This document shows, one piece after another, positions 1 through 11,524 of a DNA stretch of 64,000 bases. Below the pieces are notes generated by a model. It searched no databases. It saw only the letters and a program-made list of their open reading frames with translations, and was not told the origin of the DNA. Position numbers and translations under genes: made by a program. The DNA comes from Octopus vulgaris. Taxonomy: Eukaryota. Each line of letters begins with the position of its first letter. Positions within the stretch are counted from its first letter, which is position 1. The stretch spans positions 68,076,001 to 68,140,000 of the forward strand of contig OX597823.1 of the NCBI GenBank assembly GCA_951406725.2, written 5' to 3'.

Positions 1-110
1 CCTTTCATCCTTTCAGGGTTGATAAAATAAGTACCAGTTGAGTATTGGGATTGATGTAATCAACTTATCCCCTTCTCCGGAATTGCTGGCCTTGTGCCAA
101 AATTTGAAAT
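1..110 (+). mobile_element. 3' part of a dispersed SINE (family B: CCTTTCATCCTTTC...GTGCCAAAATTTGAAA)
   Basis: The same motif string recurs at about 21360-21575, 40840-41040 (+) and 17590-17810, 29240-29600, 53590-53780, 55135-55300 (-). Confidence 0.75.
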
Positions 111-129
111 AAGTATTTACCTTTGCTCT

Positions 130-410
130 TGCCTTAACCATGCAGCAGTGCCTTGCTCTATATTTTAACCATGTAGCCACAATTATGCCCATATTTTAAA
201 GACATAGCCTTGCATTTATCCATTTCATGGCCTCACAACCATATCTTCATCCATGTTTTAAGCATACACCCATGCTTTTATCTGACTTGAACTACACAGC
301 TATGGCCTCACCATGTAACTTAGGCTTTTTAACTTCATATCTAAGCTTACATTGATATCTTAACCACACATACATTCCTTCATCCATGTCAAAACTATAT
401 AGCTATGGTT
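130..410. repeat. Degenerate minisatellite, period about 30 bp
   Basis: Recurrent units ttaaccatgcagc, ttaaccatgtagc, ttaaagacatagc, ttaagcatacacc, tgaactacacagc, aaaactatatagc. Confidence 0.5.
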
Positions 411-553
411 GAATCTATAAAAGCTGCTGATGATTAAGTGTTTACTATAGAAAAAACTGGTTAAATGTATTAATATAAAGTTCTATATTTAAGAGATGAG
501 GAATTATTTACGTTATTAACATTTTATGGATATTTGTCCTCTTGTTTGTTGTT

Positions 554-596
554 AACACTTTTCAGCTGATATACCCTCCAGCCTTCATCAGGTGTC
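554..596 (-). ncRNA. Minimal type I hammerhead ribozyme motif (stem III deleted)
   Basis: Minus strand reads GACAC-CTGATGA-a-GGCTG-gagggtatat-CAGCT-GAAA-a-GTGTT. Confidence 0.6.
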
Positions 597-737
597 TTGG
601 GGAATTTTCGAACCTGGGTTCTCATTCCTAAGGTATTTTTTGATGTTATTTTTATTATTATTATTATTCAGGTCACTTCCTGGAATCAAAGTCAGAATCT
701 TGGGGTTAGTAGCCTGTGCTCTCGACCACTATGCCAT

Positions 738-810
738 GGGCATATAGCATAGTGGTTAAAAGCATGGGCTACTAACCTCAAGATTCCGAGTTTGATTTCA
801 GGCAGGGACC

Positions 811-811
<1 letters not shown>
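738..811 (+). other. tRNA-derived Pol III head (not a functional tRNA)
   Basis: A-box-like TAGCATAGTGG at 745-755, B-box-like GAGTTTGATTTC at 788-799, anticodon-like loop CTACTAA. Confidence 0.65.
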
Positions 812-847
<36 letters not shown>

Positions 848-892
848 CATCAAAAATACCTTAGGAATGAGAACCCAGGTTCGAAAATTCCC

Positions 893-933
893 CTGATGAC
901 GGCAGGAGGCTATATCAGCTGAAACGTTGAGTT
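893..933 (+). ncRNA. Minimal type I hammerhead ribozyme motif (5' strand of stem I deleted)
   Basis: CTGATGA 893-899, GGCAG...CAGCT stem II, GAAA 921-924, palindromic AACGTT stem III. Confidence 0.6.
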
Positions 934-1627
934 AAGAACAAACAAAATGAGAACAAATACCCATCAAATGTAAATAATGTATTAATATATTTTATAAATA
1001 ATAGAATAAAAGGAATTACAGCAATAGTCAAAGATGATGAAACCGTGTCATTTCTTTCGACTAAAAGCAATGAAATAATTTCATATCACAGAGTAAATCA
1101 GGGATATTTTTAACAATAGATCGGAAATTTTAAATTGATTAAAGAGTAAAGTTTAGTGAACTAAAAGTGGTAGACATTTTTAATGTGAAAATAGTAAATC
1201 AAAAAGGTATCTTATACTCATTATTATTAATTTAGTTAATTGCAGTGAAGATAATGAGAAAGTGGAAAACTGAAGTAAATATTCTGCAAAAGGCATACTG
1301 ACAAAATTTTCAGAGACATCTCCATTATGAAACATTTCCATTATGAGTTCAACTCCTGCTGTTGTTAACTTTATGATGTTCTTAAAGAATTGATAGAATA
1401 AGGTACCAGCCAAGTATTGGGTTGAATTAATTAACTGCATCCCTTCCCAAAATCTGTCACCCTGGGCCAATATGAGAACTCAATTGTCAGAGAAGTTTCA
1501 TTCCATCAATAGAGAAGCTGCATTGCATCATGAACTAATCTAAGCTGCATTCCATCATAAACTAATCTATCACCTTACTCAGTTTACATTAGTTTTTTTT
1601 TACTGTACATCAACATCAAAATAAAAA

Positions 1628-1963
1628 TCAATGGAAATTGTAGTTGTCATACCCGTGCCAGTAGCACGTAAAAAGCACCAGCCGAATGTGGCTGATGCCA
1701 ACGCTGCCTTGACTGGTGTCCATGCTGGTGACACGTAAAAAGCACCAACCGATCGTGGCCATTTGCCAGCCTCCTCTGACCCATGTTTCCATGGCATGTA
1801 AAAAGCACCCACTTCTCTCATGGAGTGGTTGGCATTAGGAAGGGCCAGAAACACTGCCAGATCAGACTGGAGCCTAGTGCAGCCTCCTGGCTTCCCAGAC
1901 TCTGGTCGAACCATCCAACCCATGCTAGCATAGAAAACGGATATTAAATGATGATCATGATGA
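1628..1963 (+). mobile_element. 5'-truncated RTE LINE 3' UTR ending in (GAT)n
   Basis: Matches 46330-46695, which directly follows an RTE ORF; carries GTGGCACGTAAAAAGCACC units. Confidence 0.8.
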
Positions 1964-2132
1964 AAGCAAATTTTATACAAATACTGTCATGATACACAGT
2001 TCTTAGATTTCCTGTTTTGCATTTAACACAAGCATAAATTTAAATTAGTAACAATTGTATTAATTTAATCTTAATTATTATTAAAAGATTTATAATATTC
2101 TTTGCTGCATTTTTCATATGAGTCAGTTGTAC

Positions 2133-2275
2133 ATTAAGCTATATATGAAGATTTATTAAACAACACATTCAATTTCTCAACTAGTTCTCATTTAGAAAAT
2201 ATTTCCCTCTAAATAATGATAAAAAGTTTACACAATTTTTCAATTGTCTTTCTATAACAGGTAGCAGATTTATCA
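2133..2275 (+). repeat. Dispersed repeat of about 140 bp (second copy about 7598-7738)
   Basis: Both copies share TATATGAAGATT(T/C)ATT...ATTTCTCAACTAGTTCTCATTTAGA. Confidence 0.7.
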
Positions 2276-2709
2276 AATCTTTAGTTACAAGAAAATCTCA
2301 AGCTGGATGAGAATATACATTTGTAATACCCAGCAAGACGAGTAAAAATACAAATTTTAATTTAGCTGATTAAGCTTTTTCCTTATTCAATTGACTATGT
2401 AAAAAGAGAAAAAGAAGAGAATATATTAATGTAGGTAATTTTAGACTGTTTTGTTGTAAAATTTAAAATATCTTGACTAAAATCTTATTAGAATTTCTTA
2501 TTTCCAAATTTTTACTATCATTCATAAACATCAAAAATTACTGCTGTTTAGGCTATGGTAGATGTGTGGTCCAATACTCATAGGTGGCTTGGTTCACTTT
2601 TCTCCTTTTAAGAGTTTTTACCCCATATAAAATGAACTATCATTTGTATCTACATTTGCATTTGGGCAATACTATAAAAAGATATTAAAAAATTTCTTTT
2701 ATACAAGAT

Positions 2710-3031
2710 ACTGGTGGCATGTAAAAAGGACCATTCAAATATGGTCATTGCCAGCGCCACCTGACTGGCTCCTGTGCTGGTGGTACATAAAAAGCACCAT
2801 TTAAGTGTGGTCGATGCCAGTATTGCCTGACTGGCCCTCATGCTGGTGGCACATAAAAAGCACCCACTACACTCTCGGAGTGGTTGGCATAAGGAAGGGC
2901 ATCCAGCTGTAGAAACTTTGCGAGATCGGATTGGAGCTTGGTACTGCCTTTTGACTTGCCAACCCCCAGTCAAATCGTCCAACCCATGCCAGCATGGGAA
3001 ACGGACATTAAACGACAATGATGATGATGAT
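2710..3031 (+). mobile_element. 5'-truncated RTE LINE 3' UTR
   Basis: Tandem units of about 67 bp, then GGAAGGGCATCCAGCTGTAGAAAC and a (GAT)n tail. Confidence 0.8.
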
Positions 3032-4956
3032 AAAGATACCTATTTATCTATATTCTTCCCTCAGTTAGTCTTCCTGTATTAGAAAAGAATATCTATATTT
3101 CAGCTAAGAACACTCTACTCCATTTAAAGCTTCTGACAAAATTAGAATCTTTAGTTATGAGTTCAATAAATGAATTTTTTGCTTATTTTCCCTCATATTA
3201 TCGTATTCTGATAAGTTGGTTTTAACATAAACACCTGCATACATTTCAAAACTTACTTAATTTACAAGAGTTGGCTAGTTCAAGAACATTTGTCTAACAT
3301 CAATTTTTTGTTAATCACAGTTTCTCTCTTACATTAACGACACATGCTTCAAACATATATTTGACTCTCTGTTTTCTAAAATCTGTAATATTTTATTATT
3401 GTTCATTTGTTTTGAATAAATGTCATTGGTCCTTATACATCAGATGATAAACAGTATGAATGGCAATATTATGCACAGAAGATCTGACCAAACAATGTTG
3501 ATAATGATAAGAATTTATATTAATTATTCTTGCTAGGATAGGTTTTGTAAATTTGTTCAGTAATGTTTCATCAATTGCTTTTATTATTTGATGGCTTTCA
3601 TACTACAACTACTCAGCTATGGAAGAGGAATGTAACCATTTGTCAGATAGGCCAATTGAATCTCTGTGATTCAAAAAGAAAGAATACATTTCCTGACTTA
3701 TGAAATAACAATTAAGATTTATCTATTGTTATTTAAACTAACATTACTGCAATTGATTTTATTTGGGGAAAATAGTTTTGTTTTTACTTCCAACATTTTT
3801 TAGAAGATGATTATTTGGTTGAATTCAAAATCATGTTTTGTATACCTTACTGTACATTTGAAAATTAAATAAAAGCAATTTAAAAGAGTATTGTATTTTG
3901 CTTGAAGCGTTGTAATGATCTAAATGATCTAAATATTACAAAATGATCTAAATATTACAAAACCCTTTAAGCAATGCAGATGAGGAGCTAAGTAGAATAT
4001 GTAAAGTGATACCAATGAATAAAAACAAAAACAAGATATTGTATTACCTTACATAGGTTGTCTAATGCCTTTATTATATTTTGGGAAAGATTCCCCTTAT
4101 CAAATATAAACTACAAAGTAATACAAGAGTTCAAAAATAGAGGGTTATTATGGGCATGACATTCAGCTTAGAAGTTTTGCCATCTTTAAAAAATGAAATA
4201 TCACTAAATTTTTTAAAGTACTGTTCACTAACTATAGAGAAATAAGCTCAATAACAAGTAACCTAGTTTGCTAAACACACTATTAGTAGTTCTCTTCTAC
4301 TAAATTGAAGAAAAAAACTTGGTTTTAATGTGGGTTTATATTTTATTTTCAGTTTATTCTCACAGCAGCAAAACTATTCATAAAAAATGTCTGCATCAAA
4401 CTTTTTTTTTATTAGCTCACCTAATAAATAAAAGAATGATATATGAGCATTACCCATAAATTTTTGCAGGAATTTCATAAACAAACTTAAAAGAAATTAC
4501 TATCTAATCAATGAAATTAGTTATTAATTTTAAAATATTCAAGCATGTGTTTTTGAAATCATTGAAATCCAATTTGTAAGTTGTATATTAATCTGAGCAA
4601 TCCAATCCTTGCATGTACTCACAAAGAATTGGTTGGCCTGAGTGTTACAGTAGGAGAAATGACCCATGGTACCATACAGTGGGAATGAACTCACAGCCAC
4701 ATGGTTGAGAAGTGAACTTCTTAAACACACAACAATGCTTACTCTACATAATCATAATAATAATAATCAAAACATACTAAATAAATACTTTTTCTCATTT
4801 TAAACATAGACTTAATATTATAATTATTGTTATATATTTATTTATTATTTTCAGAAACATAAATTTTATAGTGGATAAATGTATCGTAATTATTTACATA
4901 TATATATATTAATTACATATATGTGTATGTACCAGTAACCACACACGCACACATAA

Positions 4957-5000
<44 letters not shown>

Positions 5001-5002
<2 letters not shown>

Positions 5003-5102
5003 TGAAGTGTATTTTCCACCTAAATGTGGATGACCCATATGGGATGATGCTAATGTTGTCTTATATGGGTCAGCCACACTTAGGGAGCAAATATATTTCA
5101 TG
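5001..5102 (+). other. Imperfect hairpin of about 100 nt embedded between (TA)n tracts
   Basis: Arm 5001-5049 pairs with 5054-5102; most non-Watson-Crick pairs are G.U on the + strand. Confidence 0.75.
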
Positions 5103-5148
5103 ACATTGTGCTGCTACTGTTTACATCTCGCTCAGAGATTTATTATTG

Positions 5149-5185
<37 letters not shown>

Positions 5186-5186
<1 letters not shown>

Positions 5187-5590
5187 GTGATCGTTGCCAG
5201 GGCCATGGATTGGGTCCCATGCTGGTGGCACGTAAAAAGCACCATTCGAGCATGATCATTGCCAGCATCCCCTTGTCAGCACGTGAAAAACAACATTTGA
5301 GTGTGTTCATTGCCTGTGCCGCCAGACTGGATCTCGTACAAGTAACACATAAAAAGCGCCTTTCGAGTGTGGTGATTGCCAAAACTGCCTGTCTGGGCCT
5401 CATGCTGGTGGAACATAAAAGCACCCACTACACTCTTGGAGTGGTTGGCATTAGGAAGGGCATCCAGCTGTAGAAACTCTGCCAGATCAGACTGAGCCTG
5501 GTGCAGCCTTCTGGCTCACCAGTCCTCAGTCAAACCGTCCAACCCATGCCAGCATGGAAAGCAGATGTTAAATGACGATGATGATGATGA
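5186..5590 (+). mobile_element. 5'-truncated RTE LINE 3' UTR
   Basis: Four tandem AAAAAGCACC-type units and a (GAT)n tail. Confidence 0.8.
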
Positions 5591-5599
5591 TATATATAT

Positions 5600-6012
5600 G
5601 CACTGGTATTGCTGTCTGGTAAGAAGCTTGCTTCCTAACCAGATGATTTTGGCTTTAGCGCCACTATGTGGCACCTTGGGCAAGTGTCTTGCACTTCACC
5701 CTTGGACTGACCTAAACCTTGTGAGTGGATTTGGTAGGTGGAAACTGAAAGAAGACTGTCTTATATATATATATGTGTGTGTGTATATATGTGTGCTTTT
5801 GTGCCTGCATATGTCCCTCACCACTGCTTGACAACTGGTGTTGGTGTGTTTACATCCCTGTAACTTAACAGTTTGCCAAAAGAGACCAGTAGAATAAGTA
5901 CCAGGCTTATAAAAATTAAGTACTTGGGCCAATTCATTCAACTAAAATAATTCTTTAAGGTATGACCCAGCATGACCACAGTCTAATGACTGACACAAGT
6001 AAAAGATAAGAG
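5600..6012 (+). mobile_element. tRNA/CORE-type SINE (family A)
   Basis: TGGTAAGAAGCTTGCTT head, CACCTTGGGCAAGTGTCTT CORE-like box, internal (TA/TG)n, tail ATGACTGA(A/C)ACAAGTAAAAGA. Confidence 0.8.
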
Positions 6013-7597
6013 ATACATATGTGATTTGTATTTTGAAAGGTTTACTGAAAAGTTTAGAATAGTGGTTACTGTAACTATAAATAAAACTGGTGTTTGCCAG
6101 TTAAATATTAAAGAATTCCTTAAAAGCATTTCAAATTAGCGTAGAAAAATCCAATCAGTAAAAAAGTAAGTTGTTGGTGTAGTAAAAATTAAGTTCCTAG
6201 GAATACAAATAAAGAAGGAGCTTTGGAGACAATATCCAAAGATATATCATGGCTAATATATAACCCCTTTCTTTGGTTCTCTCAGGAACTAACAATGACT
6301 CTTAATTAAATTTGACCTGGGTCCCGAAAAATCACGTTCAAAATGAAAGGATTTAAATTTGGAACTTTAAGCTAGAGAACTATTTTGTGAAAGATGTCAA
6401 TAATACTAATGTTCTTGAGAGGGTGAAGTAATTTTTATCCTTATATTAAGTGTAGAGGCTAATAAAAAGAGTTAATTCTATTGATTTTTTAAAGTATATA
6501 TATTCTAGTATTTTGATTAATACATATCTGCTTCTTTCTTGAATTCTTCACCTTTCAAGGAAAGGAATACAATATATTATTGTTTGCATCCAAACATTAA
6601 TTGCTAAAACTTTGAACATTTTTCAGTCAGAAATTCATTTCAGCTATTAATCTTCACAAAGGCTTTTTTTATAAGTGACAGTTTGAATCTAGATGTGTCT
6701 GTTTGTCTGTGACAATTGTGACTGGATTATATATACAATAGGATTTCCTTGGCAGATTAAAAACATAATTTTTGCTTTCATCAGCACAACTGATTCTATA
6801 TTGAAAACATTGACATTTCCATTTGTTTCCTTCTTAAATTCAACATTGTATATGATGGATAAACTTTTCACCTTTCTTTACATTTTTTGAATGATTAACA
6901 GTTTTAAAGATTTCATCTAAAGAGCAACAAGTAGCTTACTATCTCATGTAGTTATGTTTGGAACAAACAATGGTCCACAACATATTAAAGTGAAAGTTCT
7001 CACACTAGCTCTAGGCCTAATAGAGATTAAATCACCCAAGCCTTATTATAGCTTTATGGCATTTTCAGTCTTAGTGTTATTAAATAAATTAATCTGTATG
7101 TTCATCGACTGAGTTATTGATTTTTTTTTAATGTTCAGATTAAATATGAAGTGTTTTTATGTTGCTTTCATAAAGAAAGCTTCACAAAAGACTTTTAGCC
7201 AAACAAAAACTTCCCAAAATAGCCACAGTTTTAGATCATTACATGTATTTTCAACATTTCAAACATAATTTTGTTTTCTGTACTTTTATTCAGACAGAGT
7301 TTATATTTAAACTTTATAAAATTGAGGAAATTTGCAAGAAGCCATCCACTTCTTTACTAAATCAGTATTCCTACATATTTTCTAGGGTGATGGTCCATGG
7401 TAAACAGAGAAGTTTCAATCTATCAATTATTAATTGAACACTTTAAAACATACAAGTCTGTCATAACATATTTTTGGAAAGTGTTTGTATTTAAAATTAT
7501 TTACAACTGTATAATATTTAATCTTAAGAAATTTCAATGAACTATTAAATCATAAATGATTAAACATATCTCCTTTCTCTCAAATTTTTCAATTACT

Positions 7598-7738
7598 TTA
7601 AGCTTGTATATGAAGATTCATTGAACAACCTAGTTGATTTCTCAACTAGTTCTCATTTAGATAATTTTTCTCTCAAAATAATAAAAAAAATTCAACAATT
7701 TCTCATTTATTTCCACATAACAAATAGGAAATTTATTA
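7598..7738 (+). repeat. Dispersed repeat, copy of 2133-2275
   Basis: Direct sequence similarity to 2133-2275. Confidence 0.7.
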
Positions 7739-9291
7739 GTTGCCTGAAAAGTTAAATTTGACAAAAGAAATAAAATATATAACTATAGATAAGACAGAAT
7801 GATCATTCATTAGTTTCTGCCAAACTTCTGTAAGAATTATAAAATTTACTTAAAGAATTTATATTCTGTTGATAGCATATTTCAAATAATACTTTCACTG
7901 AAAATACTTGATGTCATCATACATAAAAAAAAGAAAAAAGAAAATCCACAAAATTGAATATTATGCTATCAATAATTTGAAAATAGTAATTTAATAAGAA
8001 ATGTAATACAGAACTTTCTTTTGTTAGCTTACAACAACACATTTGTAGTTTTCTCTTTTCCTAACTAATATAATCAAGTGTTCTTCAATTGCAATGCTTT
8101 TGTAGGAACATTGCTCAAGCATTATACTTAATAAGCAGTTCTAATGGTATTTCTCAAAGTATCTGTTTATCAATTCAATATTGACAATGGATTCTGCAGG
8201 TTTACAGACGTGCACGTTTCTAGATTTCAGTAAATAGTTTTGTATTCTTACCAACTTCCTTTGTTCCTCTTATAAACAGCAACATAACAGATGCGACAAT
8301 CTTTTTTTAAACCTCCTTCACTAAAGAGATACTACTTATTCACAGATATAAAGCATTAGAATTCACAGCATTCATACAATTCCTTTTGAGTGTCTGAACG
8401 ATCTTTGAGCATTTCTCATCTCATTGGAATGGACAGGTTATTGTAACAACTTAATCCTATTTTCAATGCCACATCCTATATATTTCTAGGATATTTTAAA
8501 GGCATTCTTTCAGATAAGGAGCCAGAAATCTAGCTATATATTGAATAAGACTCCAGTTGGTTGTTGTAATACTCCATGAAATAACATTTTGCCACTAGCA
8601 TCAAAATGAGTGACAAGTGAATATTCAAATGCAACTATGTTTTCTTGCACATATATAAAAAAACCCCAATAAACTTACATGTTTAAACATATATAATAAG
8701 CCAAGTATACTGTCATAATTGGTATATTCTTTTCCAAAACTATGACAAAAATTTAGTAGAACTACTGTTAGAATTATAAACAAGCCTAAAGTTGAATATA
8801 TTCAGTTACTGAAATAGCAAGATCTGCTAAAGATAAAGATAAAATTATTTCTTTTAGGTGAGAATAACACTATATTCATTTGGACTAGAGGTGTGGAATG
8901 ATTGATTGATGTTTGAACTGTTAAGTTTAAATTTTTCTGTAAAGCTTGCTTTTAATGTATGCATGTTGGTTTTGTACTAGTATCTCAATGATTAAAGATA
9001 AAAGAACTTCTCAGCACCACCATCACTTCCACTGCTGCCACCACCATCACTTTCACTGCTGCACTGCCATCACTACTACCTCTTGCAGTAACAACAAATG
9101 TCAGAAAAGATAGTTATGTGAGAAGGCTATGGTTTAATTTTAAAAGTTGTAATGCTGAGTTGTAATTTTGTTGGTTAATTACTAGGAGATAATGTAAAAA
9201 TGTGCAGATTGAAATAGTGTCAGGAGAATATCGGTCTTGATATGAATAAATTAGAACATAATGCTGCATAGTTTACAAGCAATATATGTAT

Positions 9292-9851
9292 AAAAGGTTT
9301 AAAGATGGCATATGGATTACCACAAAGTCCCTAGAAATGGATCCAGAGGACATAGAAACCCTTGCTTTGGATTAAGTTGCATGGTGAACAAAAGTGTGGA
9401 GTGGAGTGAAAGTGGTTAAAAAGTCAGGATAACGCATGCAAGACTCGAAAGGGATTTAAAGAAGAATGTTATGATTGAGGTAAATCACAATGATCTTTTT
9501 GTGTGTACAGTTTGTGACAGACCATGCCTTTCTTTTGTTGGGCTCAAATCTCATTTGTGAACCCATGAAAAACGAACCTCCACCAACTATTCTGCCTATA
9601 TGTCTGTGCACACCTTTCAATGCAGTGTATGCCAGAAGGTCTGCAAATCTAATGGAGGCCTCAAAAGACATTTTAAGATCCACAAAGATCAGAACTTAAC
9701 TGCAGCTCTTGGTGGTCCAAATCGGATATACAATCTATGTGGATGTCTTTTCAAAACATTTTCTGGTTTAAAAAGCCACATCAGATGCCATGATGGTTCT
9801 AAGGTGTAGGTACAGGAAGTGGTCAAACTCTGCATAAGGAGTAGACAATCA

Positions 9852-9853
<2 letters not shown>
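9292..9853 (+). pseudogene. Degenerate 3' end of an RTE-type LINE ORF with three C-terminal C2H2 zinc fingers
   Basis: KRFKDG...IETLALD*VAW (RTE C-terminal motif), a frameshift, then one frame 9498-9809: VCTVCDRPCLSFVGLKSHL*TH, FQCSVCQKVCKSNGGLKRHFKIH, YNLCGCLFKTFSGLKSHIRCH. Short 3' UTR into (TA)n. Confidence 0.7.
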
Positions 9854-9895
<42 letters not shown>

Positions 9896-10074
9896 GACAT
9901 GATAGATCGTTAGCCACTACACACCTTTTTTTCTCTCCTTTTTTTTTTCTCAAAACACAAAAGACTTTCTCTATTCCTGAACATTATACTAATACATCTG
10001 TTTGTTTTGTGTACACCATCTGTCTTCCTCTTTTGTTTTTTTTTCGTAAGCTCTCCCTATATATATGCTTTTAG

Positions 10075-10483
10075 CTGAGATGACAAAGGACTGAGACACC
10101 TGAGGCCTGGCTGTAATCGAGAAGACCTATACCCCACAGCAGAAGTGTTAAGACTGATCCTTCTGGTGGTGTAAAGCACCTACAGTGGTGCCATGTAAAT
10201 ATACCTATGCAGTGCCACATAGAAGCACCTGTACAGTGACAAGTGAAAGTACCCTTGCAGCAACATGTAAAGGTACCTATGCGATGACACAGAAATGCCT
10301 TTGTGTGGTGCCCATGTGGGGTATTCAGCATATTCTGTAAAGTGGTTGGTGTTAGGAAGGGTATCCAGCTGTAGAACCCATGCCAAATCAGACTGGAGTC
10401 TGGTACAGCTCTCCAGCTTGTCAGCTCTGGTCACACCATCCAACACATGGACAATGGATGTTAACTGATGATGATGATGATGA
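10075..10483 (+). mobile_element. RTE 3' UTR variant with a minisatellite of about 27 bp
   Basis: About six units resembling GTGCCATGTAAAGCACCTATGCA at 10165-10310, then the standard RTE tail and (GAT)n. Confidence 0.7.
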
Positions 10484-10512
10484 TTATATATATGTATATA
10501 TATATATACATA

Positions 10513-10816
10513 GCACCATTCAAGCGGGATCATTACCAGCGTCGCCTTACTGGCACTTGTGCTGGTGGCATGTGAAAATATTCAAGCTGGGTCGTTGCCA
10601 GTGCCGCTGGACTGGCCCTCATGCTGGTGGCACATAAAAGCACCCACTACACTCTCAGAGTGGTTGGCATTAGGAAGGGCATCCAGCTGTAGAAACTCTG
10701 CCAGATCAGATTGGAGCTTGGTGCAGCCATCTGGTTTGCCAGTCCTCAGTCAAATCATCCAATCCATGCTAGCATGGAAAGCGGAAGTTAAACAATGATG
10801 ATAATGATGATGATGA
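10513..10816 (+). mobile_element. 5'-truncated RTE LINE 3' UTR
   Basis: Same units and tail as 46330-46695. Confidence 0.8.
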
Positions 10817-10819
10817 CAT

Positions 10820-11430
10820 ATATCTTTTGTATTTCATCTTTTACCTGTTTCAGCCATCTGAGTGCAGCTATGCTGAGGCACTGTTTTGAAGGGCTTTAGT
10901 CAAAAAACAAATCTACCCCGGGACTTGTTTTTTTGTTTAGTATTTATCCTATTGGTCTCTTTTTTGCTAAATTGCTAATTTACAGGAATGTAAGCATGCC
11001 AACACCAATTGGGGAACAAACACAGACATGGAGATGCACACATGTAGATACATACATCGTTGCTTTAATATCCACTTTTCAAACAATTCATTGAAGAAGA
11101 AAGTTTATGGCCAGAATTCTTTCTGTTTGCAACTCTGATTTGTTTCAAAGTGAGATAATATTTCACCATCACTGGACAGGTTCTCATGGAATATTGGAAA
11201 CAAATAACTCTGCTTGTATGAGGGTAAGACATATTTGCAACTATCTTGTGATGTCAAAATGACTACATACCATCATACATGCATGCATACACTTATCTGC
11301 CTGTCTATTTAGCTACCATTGATGAGCCTTGGCTATGGTAAAAAATACTTGTCAAAGATGCTATGCAGTAGGACTAAACCTAAAATCATGTGGATAGAAA
11401 GCAAATTTCTGAATCACACACTTATACTTG
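10820..11430 (-). mobile_element. Family A SINE, degenerate, with a second tail module at about 11060-11270
   Basis: Reverse-complement matches to the family A head (11290-11430) and tail (10820-11030). Confidence 0.6.
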
Positions 11431-11463
11431 CACTGCTATATAAAAATATATTCATATATATAT

Positions 11464-11524
11464 ATAAATATGAGAGAGAATCCACTATATGGACGCCATA
11501 TAGTGGATTCTCTCTCATATTTAT
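11464..11524. repeat. Perfect 29-bp inverted repeat with a 3-nt loop
   Basis: ATAAATATGAGAGAGAATCCACTATATGG-acg-CCATATAGTGGATTCTCTCTCATATTTAT. Confidence 0.9.

Larger units (their letters stand above)
478..980. mobile_element. Head-to-head palindromic non-autonomous element (tRNA-like head, (AAT)n, hammerhead motif); Penelope-like
   Basis: Inverted arms about 510-734 and 747-980; 14-bp direct repeat AATGTATTAATATA at 464-477 and 976-989; hammerhead core in each arm. Confidence 0.75.

Noticed and set aside
1600-1980. ORFs over the GTGGCACGTAAAAAGCACC repeats (also 2650, 5108, 46290)
   Set aside because: They lie in the non-coding RTE 3' UTR, and frames are not conserved among copies.
5186-5430. 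Regularly spaced repeats suggestive of a CRISPR array
   Set aside because: The spacers are themselves homologous (tandem units), the context is eukaryotic and there are no cas genes.
8080-8220. Possible hAT transposase C-terminal relic on the minus strand
   Set aside because: Only a few residues match, across frameshifts; a profile search would be needed.
9893-10062. (TA)n-flanked pyrimidine-rich insert resembling the tail of the 44723-45104 element
   Set aside because: No hammerhead core is present and the similarity is low-complexity.
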